Assembly: GCA_964520895.1 (NCBI GenBank)
Contig: CAZFOR010000004.1
Location: 1-58,428 of the forward strand
Origin: an uncultured Eubacteriales bacterium
GTDB lineage: Bacteria; Bacillota; Clostridia; TANB77; SIG350
Direction of reading: 5' to 3'
DNA: 58,428 nt
Shown: piece by piece, positions 40,168-50,132 of the stretch
Layout of the letters: each line of letters starts with the position of its first letter
Numbering within the stretch: position 1 is the first letter of the stretch
Position numbers and translations under genes: made by a program
The notes under the pieces: generated by a model
The model's database searches: none
Seen by the model: the letters and a program-made list of their open reading frames with translations, nothing else
Told to the model about the DNA's origin: nothing

Positions 40168-40330
40168 TTGATTACACTTATTCAGAATATGCCTCAAGCT
40201 TTATGCTTGGGGTATATTTCTTTTTTTATTGAATATATATAAATCACAATTGTTGAAATATATTAATAATTGTGATATAAAATAGAATAGTTATTTAAAA
40301 ATTTGGTAATAATGTTAATGGAGGAATATT

Positions 40331-41593
40331 ATGGAAGATAAAATATTAAAATTGAATAATGATATAAATGTACATTACTTAAATGATATGAAATACAAAA
40401 CAAACTTTATATCAGTTTTTATGACAGTGCCACTTAATAAGCAAACTGTTACATTAAATGCATTAATTCCAGCAGTTTTAAAAAGAGGTACTAGTAGATT
40501 AAACACTATGAAAGATATTGAAATTGAGTTAGAGGAGATGTATGGCAGTGATATGAACTGTGGGTTAGATAAACTAGGAAAAAATCATACATTAAAATTC
40601 TATATTGAAAGTGTGAAAGATAACTTTGCTCATGAAAATTTACTTGAAAAAAGCATACAAAATATTTCAGAGCTAATTTTATCACCATATTTAGAAAACA
40701 ATACATTTAGTAAAGAATATGTAGAGCAAGAAAAACAGACGTTAGATATAGTTATAAATGACAAAATAAATGATAAAGCAGTATATTCAAAATTTAGATG
40801 TATTGAAGAAATGTATGAAAAAGATGAATATGGTATTTATGTTTATGGATATAGCAAAGATTTAAAAAATATTACAAGTGAAAACCTATATAATCAATAT
40901 GTTAATATTTTAAAAACAGCTAAAATAGATATATTTGTTTATACAAATGAAAATGAACAAACAGTTGTTGGTTTAGTTAATAAATATTTTAAAAATGATT
41001 ATTTAAATCAAAGAAGTAATATATATTCACCACAAAACTGCACAGTTAATCCAAAAGGTGAAGTAAAAATAATACATGAATGTTTAAATGTAAATCAAGG
41101 GAAATTAGTAATTGGATTAAATATAACAGATACAAATTTAAATGTTTATGATGTAATTGTATGTAATGCAATATTGGGGGTTGGTGCTAATTCTAAAATG
41201 TTTAGAAATGTTAGAGAAAAAGAACATTTAGCATATAGTGCATCATCTAGTTATATACGAAATGCAAATGCAATACTTGTTTCAACAGGTATTGAACTTG
41301 CAAACTATGATAAAGCATTAAAGGTTATTAATGAGCAAATTGAGGATTTGAAAAATGGTAATATTACAGAAAATGAAATAAATGATGCTAAAAAAGTTAT
41401 TATAAGTAGCTATAAAGCGTTGTTTGATGAACAATATAAAATAATAAATTACTATATAAACCAAAGTTTATCAAATAGTAATATTAGTATACAAAAAGCA
41501 ATAGATGAAATACAAAAAGTTGAACTACAAGATGTTATAAATGTGGCAAATAAATTCACTGTTGATACAATCTATTATTTGAAAAATAGTTAG
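40331..41593 (+). CDS. M16-family peptidase-like protein, non-catalytic partner (no HxxEH motif)
   Basis: 420 aa of insulinase-fold length, paired with the downstream M16 gene as in ymfF/ymfH-type pairs. Confidence 0.7.
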   Translation: MEDKILKLNNDINVHYLNDMKYKTNFISVFMTVPLNKQTVTLNALIPAVLKRGTSRLNTMKDIEIELEEMYGSDMNCGLDKLGKNHTLKFYIESVKDNFAHENLLEKSIQNISELILSPYLENNTFSKEYVEQEKQTLDIVINDKINDKAVYSKFRCIEEMYEKDEYGIYVYGYSKDLKNITSENLYNQYVNILKTAKIDIFVYTNENEQTVVGLVNKYFKNDYLNQRSNIYSPQNCTVNPKGEVKIIHECLNVNQGKLVIGLNITDTNLNVYDVIVCNAILGVGANSKMFRNVREKEHLAYSASSSYIRNANAILVSTGIELANYDKALKVINEQIEDLKNGNITENEINDAKKVIISSYKALFDEQYKIINYYINQSLSNSNISIQKAIDEIQKVELQDVINVANKFTVDTIYYLKNS

Positions 41594-41603
41594 GAGGTGT
41601 AAT

Positions 41604-42884
41604 ATGCAAATAATTGAGAATAAAGAGATAAATGAAAAAATATATATTGAAAAACTAGAAAATGGTTTAGATATATTAGTTATACCTAAAAAAGGTTTTT
41701 TACAAAAAAGTGTTATGTTTGGGACTAAATTTGGTTCAATTAATAACAAATTCAAGATAAATAATGAAGAAATTCAAGTACCTGACGGAATAGCACATTT
41801 TTTAGAACATAAGGTGTTTGAACAAGAAAGTGGCCAAGATGCACTTATGACGTTAGTAGCACTTAGTGCAAATCCTAATGCATATACAACATCAGACCAT
41901 ACGGTATATTTTTTTGATACAATTGATAATTTTGATGAATGTATAGATATGTTATTTGATTTTGTACAAAGTCCATATTTTACAGATGAGAATGTACAAA
42001 AGGAGCAAGGTATAATTGGGCAAGAGATACAAATGTATGATGACCATCCAGGTTTTCAAGTTTATATAAATTTATTACAAAATCTATATGTGAATCATCC
42101 AATTAGAATTGATACAGCAGGCACAATAGAGTCTATTTCTAAAATAGACAAAGAAACATTATATAAAGTATATAATGCATTTTATGATGTTTCAAATATG
42201 GTAGTTTGCGTATGTGGAGATGTTGATGTAGATGATATTATACAAAAAGTAAAACAGTTAGTTCCTGAAAAAAGTAAAAGGGATAAAATTGAGGAAATAT
42301 TCCCTGAAGAGCCAGAAAGCATTAATAATGAAAAAAGTCAAAAGATTATGAGTATTAATACACCACTATTTTCAATTGGTTTTAAGGATAATAACTTATC
42401 TAAAAGAAGTAATAAGCAGAGGATTAGATTTGATATTGCTGTTCAAATTGCTATGGAAATGTTAATTGGAAAAAGTAGTAAATTATATCAAGAGTTATAT
42501 AATCAAGGGTTACTTACAGATCCAGTTGATAAATCATATAATTATGAAAAAGATTATGGTTTTGCAATAATTGAAGGGTATTCTAAAAAGCCTAATGAAA
42601 TATATGAGAAACTTAAACAAGAGATAGAGCAAATATCAAGTAGTTTATCTAAAACAGATTTTGATAGAATAAGAAAAACATTAGAAGGAGAGTTCTTATT
42701 TGATTTTAATAATGTACCTAAAATTGCAAGAATGATTTTTGCAGATTATATAAAAGGTATTAATACATTAGATTATGCAAATGAATACAAAGAGGTAAAT
42801 ATAGATGATGTTAAAAAGGTTTTTGATTTGTTTATAAATAAAAACAATATGGCAATATCAGTTATAAAGGAAAGGGATGATTAA
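41604..42884 (+). CDS. M16-family zinc peptidase (insulinase-like)
   Basis: Inverted zinc motif HFLEH (GIAHFLEHKVFE). Confidence 0.8.
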   Translation: MQIIENKEINEKIYIEKLENGLDILVIPKKGFLQKSVMFGTKFGSINNKFKINNEEIQVPDGIAHFLEHKVFEQESGQDALMTLVALSANPNAYTTSDHTVYFFDTIDNFDECIDMLFDFVQSPYFTDENVQKEQGIIGQEIQMYDDHPGFQVYINLLQNLYVNHPIRIDTAGTIESISKIDKETLYKVYNAFYDVSNMVVCVCGDVDVDDIIQKVKQLVPEKSKRDKIEEIFPEEPESINNEKSQKIMSINTPLFSIGFKDNNLSKRSNKQRIRFDIAVQIAMEMLIGKSSKLYQELYNQGLLTDPVDKSYNYEKDYGFAIIEGYSKKPNEIYEKLKQEIEQISSSLSKTDFDRIRKTLEGEFLFDFNNVPKIARMIFADYIKGINTLDYANEYKEVNIDDVKKVFDLFINKNNMAISVIKERDD

Positions 42885-43683
42885 AATAGTTAGTTTTCCT
42901 AATTTAGGGCTAAGTTTTAATATATCACCTGTTGCATTTAATATTTTTAATATATCAATATATTGGTATGGAATAATTTTAGTTATAGGATATTTAATTG
43001 GAGTAATTTTAATAAAAATAAATGATGGATTATATGAAATAAAGTGGGAACAAGTAATTGAAGTTCTCACTTTTGCTATTTTATTTGGGATAATAGGTGC
43101 TAGATTATATTATGTTTTGTTTAATTTAGATTATTATTCAAATAACCTAAATCAAATATTTAATATATCAAATGGTGGAATTGCAATATATGGTGGTTTA
43201 ATAACAGGTGTAATTACTATATTTGTATTTTCTAACATATATAAATATAAATTTTTAGATATGTTAGATTATATAGTTCCGTTTGTTGCATTAGGACAAG
43301 CAATAGGTCGATTTGGAAATTTTTTTAATATAGAAGCATATGGAGATATTACAGATACATTTTTGAAAATGAGAATATTCGATAATATTACAAATGAATA
43401 TATAGATGTACATCCTACATTTTTATATGAATCAATATTAACATTAACTATATTTTTAATTATATATATTAATAGAAAAAACAGAAAGTTTCAAGGACAA
43501 CAAACCCTAATATATTTGATGTTATATGGTTTTGGAAGAAGTATAATTGAACAATTCAGGATAGATAGTTTGATGTTAGGGGATATTAAAATATCACAAT
43601 TGTTATCAATAATATTATGTATATTTTCAATAATATTATTAACATATAATTTGATAAAAACAAAATTAAAAAAAGTAAAGTAA
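42877..43683 (+). CDS. lgt: Prolipoprotein diacylglyceryl transferase
   Basis: YWYGIILVIGY…GARLYYV…GGLITG…GRFGNFFN. Confidence 0.9.
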   Translation: MIKIVSFPNLGLSFNISPVAFNIFNISIYWYGIILVIGYLIGVILIKINDGLYEIKWEQVIEVLTFAILFGIIGARLYYVLFNLDYYSNNLNQIFNISNGGIAIYGGLITGVITIFVFSNIYKYKFLDMLDYIVPFVALGQAIGRFGNFFNIEAYGDITDTFLKMRIFDNITNEYIDVHPTFLYESILTLTIFLIIYINRKNRKFQGQQTLIYLMLYGFGRSIIEQFRIDSLMLGDIKISQLLSIILCIFSIILLTYNLIKTKLKKVK

Positions 43684-43841
43684 ACAAAACTAAATACATA
43701 AAAAATAGTACATTATAGGGAGTTTTGTAGTAATAGATAGAAAAAAATAGTTTTTAAAATGTGAAAAAAAGAAAAGTACTTTTTATAATTGACGAGCCTG
43801 TAAAAATATGGTAATTTTGTATTAATATAAGAGGTGATTTC

Positions 43842-43979
43842 ATGAATAATGTTGAAATAAATAATAAAAGAGATGAATTGGATAAACTTATAAATGAAGA
43901 TGCACCTTACTCAGAAATATATAGAGTAAGTGTTGAACTTGATGAATTAATCGAAAGATTTTACGGGATAGGTAAGTAA
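43842..43979 (+). CDS. Spo0E-like sporulation regulatory (aspartyl-phosphatase family) small protein, 45 aa (not in the ORF track)
   Basis: RBS GAGGTGA. Translation: MNNVEINNKRDELDKLINEDAPYSEIYRVSVELDELIERFYGIGK. The helical hairpin with S-x-ELD resembles the Spo0E family. Confidence 0.45.
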   Translation: MNNVEINNKRDELDKLINEDAPYSEIYRVSVELDELIERFYGIGK

Positions 43980-44113
43980 CAGAAAAACATTAATTAAAAA
44001 ATTATAATATTGCAAATGAGCAGTATTATAGTTTTTTTGCTTATCCGTAATTGTTTTGTTACAAACACATTACAGAAAAGTTACAAAAAAATGAACTTTT
44101 TTTGTAAAAGTAC

Positions 44114-44175
44114 TTGCAATATATAAAAATGTATATTAAAATATAGTCAAAGTGGAAGAAAGTGTCACAAAGTGG
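44114..44175 (+). promoter_or_regulatory. dcw/mraZ promoter followed by three MraZ-box-like direct repeats
   Basis: TTGCAA, 17-nt spacer, TAAAAT (44114-44142). Then AAAGTGG, AAAGTGT, AAAGTGG at 44149, 44159 and 44169, an exact 10-nt period. Confidence 0.55.
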
Positions 44176-44202
44176 TAGGGAAATAAAAAAGAGGTGAGAA
44201 AA

Positions 44203-44634
44203 ATGTTCATTGGTGAATATGCTCATACAGTTGATATAAAAGGCAGATTAATAATGCCAGCAAAATTTAGAGAAGAGTTAGGGATAACATTTATTGTAAC
44301 CAAAGGGTTAGATGGATGTTTATTCGTGTATTCAAAAGCCGAATGGGCAGTTTTAGAAGAAAAATTAAAAACACTTCCTTTTACTAGTAAAGATGCTCGT
44401 AGCTTTAATAGATTCTTTTTTGCAGGTGCAAATGAATGTGAAGTTGACAAACAAGGAAGAATTTTGATATCACAAAATTTAAGAGATTATGCTAATCTTA
44501 CAAAAGATGTTGTAATAATAGGGGTATCTACAAGAATTGAAATTTGGGATAAAGAAAAATGGGATAATTATTGTAACAATGAAGATGTAAGCCCAGATGA
44601 TATAGCAGAAAAGATGTCATTACTAGGAATATAA
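44203..44634 (+). CDS. mraZ: Transcriptional regulator MraZ
   Basis: [26 protein letters not shown] … second SpoVT/AbrB-like half [16 protein letters not shown]. Confidence 0.95.
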   Translation: MFIGEYAHTVDIKGRLIMPAKFREELGITFIVTKGLDGCLFVYSKAEWAVLEEKLKTLPFTSKDARSFNRFFFAGANECEVDKQGRILISQNLRDYANLTKDVVIIGVSTRIEIWDKEKWDNYCNNEDVSPDDIAEKMSLLGI

Positions 44635-44840
44635 AAATGGTATAACCTAACATCATGTTAGTGTATATATATACAAAAGATGAAAATTTAAATTTACTAA
44701 AGACAAATAATCAAATGCACAAAAGTTAAAAGAGGATTTTTACAAAGGATAAAACATGTAAGTTACTAAAGAAAAAGTTACATGGCAGCTTACTAATAGC
44801 TGCCATTGTAAACTAAATTATGCTTTTATGGGGTGACAAA

Positions 44841-45764
44841 TTGGAATTTAATCACTATTCAGTAATGTTAAATGAATGTATTGATAATCTAAATATTAGA
44901 AAAGATAAAATATATGTTGACGGGACTATGGGAGGAGCAGGACATTCATTTGAAATTGCTAAAAAACTTAATAATTCAGGAATGTTAATAGGAATAGATC
45001 AAGATAGTGATGCAATATCTGTTGCAACAGACAGATTAAAAGAATTTACAAATATTAAAATAGTAAAAGATAATAATTCAAATATTAAAAAAATATTAAA
45101 TGATTTAGAGATAAATAAAGTTGATGGAATATTATTAGATTTAGGTGTTTCATCATATCAATTAGATAATAAAGATAGAGGATTCTCATATAATAAAGAT
45201 GCATCATTAGATATGAGAATGGACCAAACTCAAGCATTATCAGCGAAAAATGTCGTAAATGAATATAGTTATGATAAATTAGTTAAAATATTGTTTGATT
45301 ATGGTGAAGAAAAATATGCGAAAAGTATAGTTAAAAAAATATGTGAATATAGGGAAAATAAACAAATAGAAACAACAATGGAATTAGTGGATATAATAAA
45401 AACAGGTATAGGTAAATATGATGACAAACATCCAGCAAAAAGGACATTTCAAGCTTTGAGAATAGAAGTTAATGGTGAATTAGATTTACTTCAAAAGAGC
45501 ATAAGAGATATGATAGATGTATTAGCCCCAAATGGTAGATTTTGTGTTATTACATTCCATTCATTAGAAGATAGAATAGTAAAAAATATCTTTAATGAAT
45601 ATATTGGAAAATGTACATGTCCAAAAGATTTTCCTGTTTGTATTTGTGGAAACAAACCAATAATAAAAATAATAAACAAGAAACCAATATTACCAACTGG
45701 GGAAGAATTAGAAATAAATTCAAGATCTAAAAGTGCAAAATTAAGAGTAATAGAAAAAATATAA
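44841..45764 (+). CDS. rsmH: 16S rRNA (cytosine1402-N4)-methyltransferase RsmH
   Basis: HYSVMLNE…DGTMGGAGHS…DLGVSSYQLD…RIEVN. I prefer the TTG start at 44841; ATG at 44820 is an alternative. Confidence 0.9.
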   Translation: MEFNHYSVMLNECIDNLNIRKDKIYVDGTMGGAGHSFEIAKKLNNSGMLIGIDQDSDAISVATDRLKEFTNIKIVKDNNSNIKKILNDLEINKVDGILLDLGVSSYQLDNKDRGFSYNKDASLDMRMDQTQALSAKNVVNEYSYDKLVKILFDYGEEKYAKSIVKKICEYRENKQIETTMELVDIIKTGIGKYDDKHPAKRTFQALRIEVNGELDLLQKSIRDMIDVLAPNGRFCVITFHSLEDRIVKNIFNEYIGKCTCPKDFPVCICGNKPIIKIINKKPILPTGEELEINSRSKSAKLRVIEKI

Positions 45765-45796
45765 ATTTATGTATAATTAGAAAGAAGGTGAATAAA

Positions 45797-46273
45797 ATGG
45801 TAACAAATAGTAGATATGAATATGGAACTAGTCCCAGAAAACTAGATAACCCAGCCAGACCGAAAACTACTAAAAAAACTAAAAAGAAGGTAAAAGTAAA
45901 TAATAAAAAAGTACAATTACATAAATTTAAAGTGTTTAGTTTAATTGCAATTGGATTTACAGTAATGTTTACACTATGTTATCGTTATTCACTTATTAAT
46001 CAAAAATTTAATGATATTCAAAAATTGAAAAAAGAATATGTTGCACTTCAAACAGCAAATGATCAAATTCAAATAAATATACAAAACGGATTAGATTTAA
46101 CTAGTATTGAAAGACATGCGAAAGATAAATTAGGAATGCAAAAACCAGAAGCTAATCAAATTAAATATATTGATATTGAAAAAGAAGATAAAGTTGTATT
46201 AAATGACGAAATAATAGTTGAAGAAAATATTTTCCAAAGTTTTTGGGGAAACATTGCAAAATTATTAGATTAA
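45797..46273 (+). CDS. ftsL: Cell division protein FtsL-like
   Basis: Basic N-terminus, a single TM (VFSLIAIGFTVMFTLCY), then a coiled-coil region. The position between rsmH and the PBP gene supports the call. Confidence 0.65.
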   Translation: MVTNSRYEYGTSPRKLDNPARPKTTKKTKKKVKVNNKKVQLHKFKVFSLIAIGFTVMFTLCYRYSLINQKFNDIQKLKKEYVALQTANDQIQINIQNGLDLTSIERHAKDKLGMQKPEANQIKYIDIEKEDKVVLNDEIIVEENIFQSFWGNIAKLLD

Positions 46274-46340
46274 AAGCTAGAATATAAAGATAAAAATTTA
46301 TCTTGTATACTTCTAGCTTTTATATATTTAGGAGGCAAAT

Positions 46341-48536
46341 ATGCAAATGAATAGTTTGAAAAATAAAAAGAGAATGTTATTTATTATGGGGATATTTGTA
46401 ACATTGTTTGTAATATTGATTATCAGGCTTTTTTGGTTACAAGTAGTTAGAGCTGCTGATCTTAGTCAAAAAGCATATGAACAGCAAACAAGAGATAGTT
46501 TAATTAGTCCTAAAAGAGGAACAATTTATGATACAAATAAAAAACCATTGGCAATTAGTGCCTCTGTTGAAACAATAGTTGTTAATCCTACAAATATTAA
46601 AACAGATGAGGATAGACAAAAAATAGCTAAATATTTTAGTGATAATTATGGATTAAATTATGATGAAACACTAGAAACAGTAAGTAAAACAAAAAGTTCA
46701 TCATTAGCTTTAATGAAAAAAGTAGAAAAAGATGTAACTGATAATGTAAGACAATGGATTAGTACTGAAAAAATAAAAGGTATTAGTATAATAGAGGATA
46801 CTAAGAGATATTATCCATTTAATAATCTAGCATCACATATTATAGGATTTTGTGGAACAGATAATCAAGGATTATATGGAATAGAACAAAAATATGAAAA
46901 ATATTTAAAGGGTGTACCTGGAAAAATTGTTACAGCAAAAGATGCAAATAATAACGAAATGCCATTAGAAAGTGAAACATATATAAATCCTGAAGATGGA
47001 TACAATATTACACTTACTATAGATGAAGTAATACAACATACTGCTGAAAGATATTTAAAACAGGCGGTTTATGAAAATGAATGTCAAAATGGTGGTGTTG
47101 CAATTGTAATGAGGCCAAAAACAGGCGAGATACTTGCAATGACATCTATGCCAGATTACAACTTAAATCAACCATTTAGCCCTAATACAGATGAATTAAC
47201 AGCAATATGGGATACAATGACAAAAGAAGAAAAAATAAATGCACAAAATGCAATGTGGAGAAATGATGCGATTTCTGATACATATGAACCTGGTTCAACA
47301 TTTAAAGTAATAACATCAGCTATCGCAGTTGAAGAAAAAATAGTTGATCCAGATACACCAGGTTTTCATACTTGTGTTGGGCATATAACAATTGGTGGTG
47401 CTACAATGAAATGTTGGAGATACTATAATCCACATGGTTCACAAACTCTTACAAATGCACTTCAAAATTCATGTAATCCAGCATTTGTACAATTAGGATT
47501 AAAAATAGGTAAAACTACATTTTATAAATATTTAAGAAGTTTTGGATTAACAGAAAGAACAGGTATAGATTTACCTAGTGAATCAGGAAGTAATTTCCAT
47601 AAAGAAGAAAAAGTTGGATCTGTTGAGTTAGCAACTTTATCATTTGGTCAAAGATTTGAAATAACACCACTTCAATTAGTTGCAGCAGTTTCATCAATAG
47701 CAAATGGTGGTAATTTAATGAAGCCTATGATTATAAAAGAAATAACAGATGTTAATGGTAATGTTATTCAAAAAAATGAACCTGTTACAGTTAGACAGGT
47801 ATTATCAAAAGAAACATCTGAAAAAGTATTATCAATGATGGAAAGTGTTGTATCAATTGGTACTGGTAAAAATGCACAAATTGCGGGATATAAAATTGGT
47901 GGTAAAACTGGTACAGGTGAGCAAGGTACTGTAAATACTCAGTATGTTGCATCATTTATAGGTGTTGCACCAACTACTAATCCAGAGATAGTGGTATTAG
48001 TAGCACTAGATCAACCAACAGGTGCACAAGGAAGACAAGGTGGTCAAATAGCTGCACCAGTTGCACAGAAAATAATGACAGATATTTTAGCATATTTAGA
48101 AATACCACAAGATTATGAAGTAGAATCAACTGGCACTACAAATGAAATTCAAGTTCCTGATGTTAGAACTAAGACAATTACAGAAGCTATAAAATCACTA
48201 CAAAACTTAGGTTTTACTGTCGATATAAATTTTGATGGTGATAGAAATGTAGCAACAGTTGTTGACCAAATGCCTGTTGTTGGAACTAAACTTAAAAAAG
48301 GATCAATTGTAAAATTATATGCACAAGATAATGATGTAAGGGTTTCTGTTACTGTACCAGATTTAATAGCAAAAACTCCATCAGAGGCACAAGAAATATT
48401 AAAACAAAATGGATTAAATATGAAGACAAGTGGTGCAGGTGTAGTAGCTTCACAAGACCCACCATCAGGTACAGAGGTTGAACAAGGTACAATTATTAGA
48501 TTAGAATTAAAAAATGCTGCTGCAAATTTGGAATAG
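46341..48536 (+). CDS. Class B penicillin-binding protein with two PASTA domains (SpoVD/PBP2B-type)
   Basis: TM anchor, SxxK (STFK), SxN (SCN), KTG (KTGT), and two C-terminal PASTA repeats. Confidence 0.9.
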   Translation: MQMNSLKNKKRMLFIMGIFVTLFVILIIRLFWLQVVRAADLSQKAYEQQTRDSLISPKRGTIYDTNKKPLAISASVETIVVNPTNIKTDEDRQKIAKYFSDNYGLNYDETLETVSKTKSSSLALMKKVEKDVTDNVRQWISTEKIKGISIIEDTKRYYPFNNLASHIIGFCGTDNQGLYGIEQKYEKYLKGVPGKIVTAKDANNNEMPLESETYINPEDGYNITLTIDEVIQHTAERYLKQAVYENECQNGGVAIVMRPKTGEILAMTSMPDYNLNQPFSPNTDELTAIWDTMTKEEKINAQNAMWRNDAISDTYEPGSTFKVITSAIAVEEKIVDPDTPGFHTCVGHITIGGATMKCWRYYNPHGSQTLTNALQNSCNPAFVQLGLKIGKTTFYKYLRSFGLTERTGIDLPSESGSNFHKEEKVGSVELATLSFGQRFEITPLQLVAAVSSIANGGNLMKPMIIKEITDVNGNVIQKNEPVTVRQVLSKETSEKVLSMMESVVSIGTGKNAQIAGYKIGGKTGTGEQGTVNTQYVASFIGVAPTTNPEIVVLVALDQPTGAQGRQGGQIAAPVAQKIMTDILAYLEIPQDYEVESTGTTNEIQVPDVRTKTITEAIKSLQNLGFTVDINFDGDRNVATVVDQMPVVGTKLKKGSIVKLYAQDNDVRVSVTVPDLIAKTPSEAQEILKQNGLNMKTSGAGVVASQDPPSGTEVEQGTIIRLELKNAAANLE

Positions 48537-48600
48537 ATAAATAATTATGATATAATACAAATATTAAAAATACATACATATATAGTTAGGGAGGTTAAAA

Positions 48601-50073
48601 ATGAAATTAAGTTATTTATTACAAAATGTTGATGTTAAAAATATTGATGAAATTGAGGATATTGATATTACTAATATTGAAAGTGATTCAAGAAAGGTTA
48701 AAGAAAATACACTTTTTATCTGTATAAAAGGTGAAAAGGCAGATGGCCATGAATATATTGAAGAAGCTATTGAAAAAGGTGCAATTGTAGTAGTTATAAA
48801 CGAGGATTATGTTAAAGAGGTAAAAAAACTAAAAATACCATATGTTGTTGTTACAGATAATGAAAAAGCAATGGCACAAATTGCTTGTAACTATTTTGAT
48901 AATCCATCTAAAAAATTTAAATTAGTTGGTATTACAGGCACAAAAGGGAAAACAACTACAACTTATATGATTAAAAATATATTAGAAAAAGCAGGTAAAA
49001 AAGTTGGATTAGTAGGAACTATTGCTAATATGATAGGTGATAAGAAATATGATACTCAAAATACAACACCTGGTGCAATTGAATTACAAGCTTTATTTTA
49101 TAAGATGGCACAAGAAAATGTTGATGTAGCCGTAATGGAAGTATCATCACATGCACTTGCAATGGATAGAGTATATGGATGTGATTTTAATATAGGTGTA
49201 TTTACTAATTTATCACAAGAACATATGGATTATCATAAAACTTTTGATAATTATGTTGAAGCAAAAGCAAAATTATTTAAAATGGCTAAACAAGGTTTTG
49301 TAAATTGTGATGATGTTTATTCACTAAGAGTAGAGAAAATGGCAGAATGTCCAATTACAACATTTGGTTTAGATAATGGACCTAAAATATTTGCAAAAGA
49401 TTTGATTATAACTAATAGTTATGTTGAATTTAAATTAATGGTAAATAACAGACCAGAAAGAGTTAGAGTAGGAATACCAGGTAGATTTACAGTATATAAT
49501 TCATTAGCTGCAATTAGTGTGGCTACTGCATTAAATATTGATTTTGAATATATAAAAGCAGGACTTGAGGATGTAAAAGTTCCAGGAAGATCTGAAATGG
49601 TACCTAATATGCATGGTAAAACAATAATGATAGATTATGCACATTCACCAGATAGTTTAGAAAACATATTAAAAGCGGTTAAATCATATACAAAAGGAAA
49701 ATTAATATGTGTATTTGGTTGTGGCGGTGATAGAGATAATGCTAAAAGACCTATGATGGGTGAAATATCAGGTAAAATAGCAGATTTTACTGTAATAACA
49801 TCAGATAATCCAAGAACAGAAGATCCTAAGAAAATAGTAGAGCAAATTGAAGAAGGTATGAAGACTACAAAAGGTAGATATGTTGTTGTGCAAGATAGAA
49901 CTAAGGCTATTGAGTATGCAATTAAGATGGCTGGTAAGTATGATATTGTTGTACTTGCAGGTAAAGGACATGAAACATATCAAATACTTAAAACAGGGAA
50001 AATACATTATGATGAAAGAGAAATTGTTGCACAAATACTTAAGAAAATGCCTATTCCAGAGGATTTAATTTAA
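48601..50073 (+). CDS. murE: UDP-N-acetylmuramoyl-L-alanyl-D-glutamate--2,6-diaminopimelate ligase
   Basis: GITGTKGKTTT P-loop and the DNPR motif (SDNPRTEDP) typical of meso-DAP-adding MurE. Confidence 0.9.
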   Translation: MKLSYLLQNVDVKNIDEIEDIDITNIESDSRKVKENTLFICIKGEKADGHEYIEEAIEKGAIVVVINEDYVKEVKKLKIPYVVVTDNEKAMAQIACNYFDNPSKKFKLVGITGTKGKTTTTYMIKNILEKAGKKVGLVGTIANMIGDKKYDTQNTTPGAIELQALFYKMAQENVDVAVMEVSSHALAMDRVYGCDFNIGVFTNLSQEHMDYHKTFDNYVEAKAKLFKMAKQGFVNCDDVYSLRVEKMAECPITTFGLDNGPKIFAKDLIITNSYVEFKLMVNNRPERVRVGIPGRFTVYNSLAAISVATALNIDFEYIKAGLEDVKVPGRSEMVPNMHGKTIMIDYAHSPDSLENILKAVKSYTKGKLICVFGCGGDRDNAKRPMMGEISGKIADFTVITSDNPRTEDPKKIVEQIEEGMKTTKGRYVVVQDRTKAIEYAIKMAGKYDIVVLAGKGHETYQILKTGKIHYDEREIVAQILKKMPIPEDLI

Positions 50074-50077
50074 ATTA

Positions 50078-50110
50078 TCAGACAAATGGGGACGGAGGCA
50101 ATTTGTCTGA
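50078..50110 (+). repeat. 33-nt GC-rich palindromic unit, copy C (one A>T change that lengthens its own stem)
   Basis: TCAGACAAATGGGGACGGAGGCAATTTGTCTGA, starting 4 nt after the murE stop and ending 22 nt before the mraY start. Confidence 0.95.
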
Positions 50111-50132
50111 ATTATAGAAAGATGGTGGAAAA

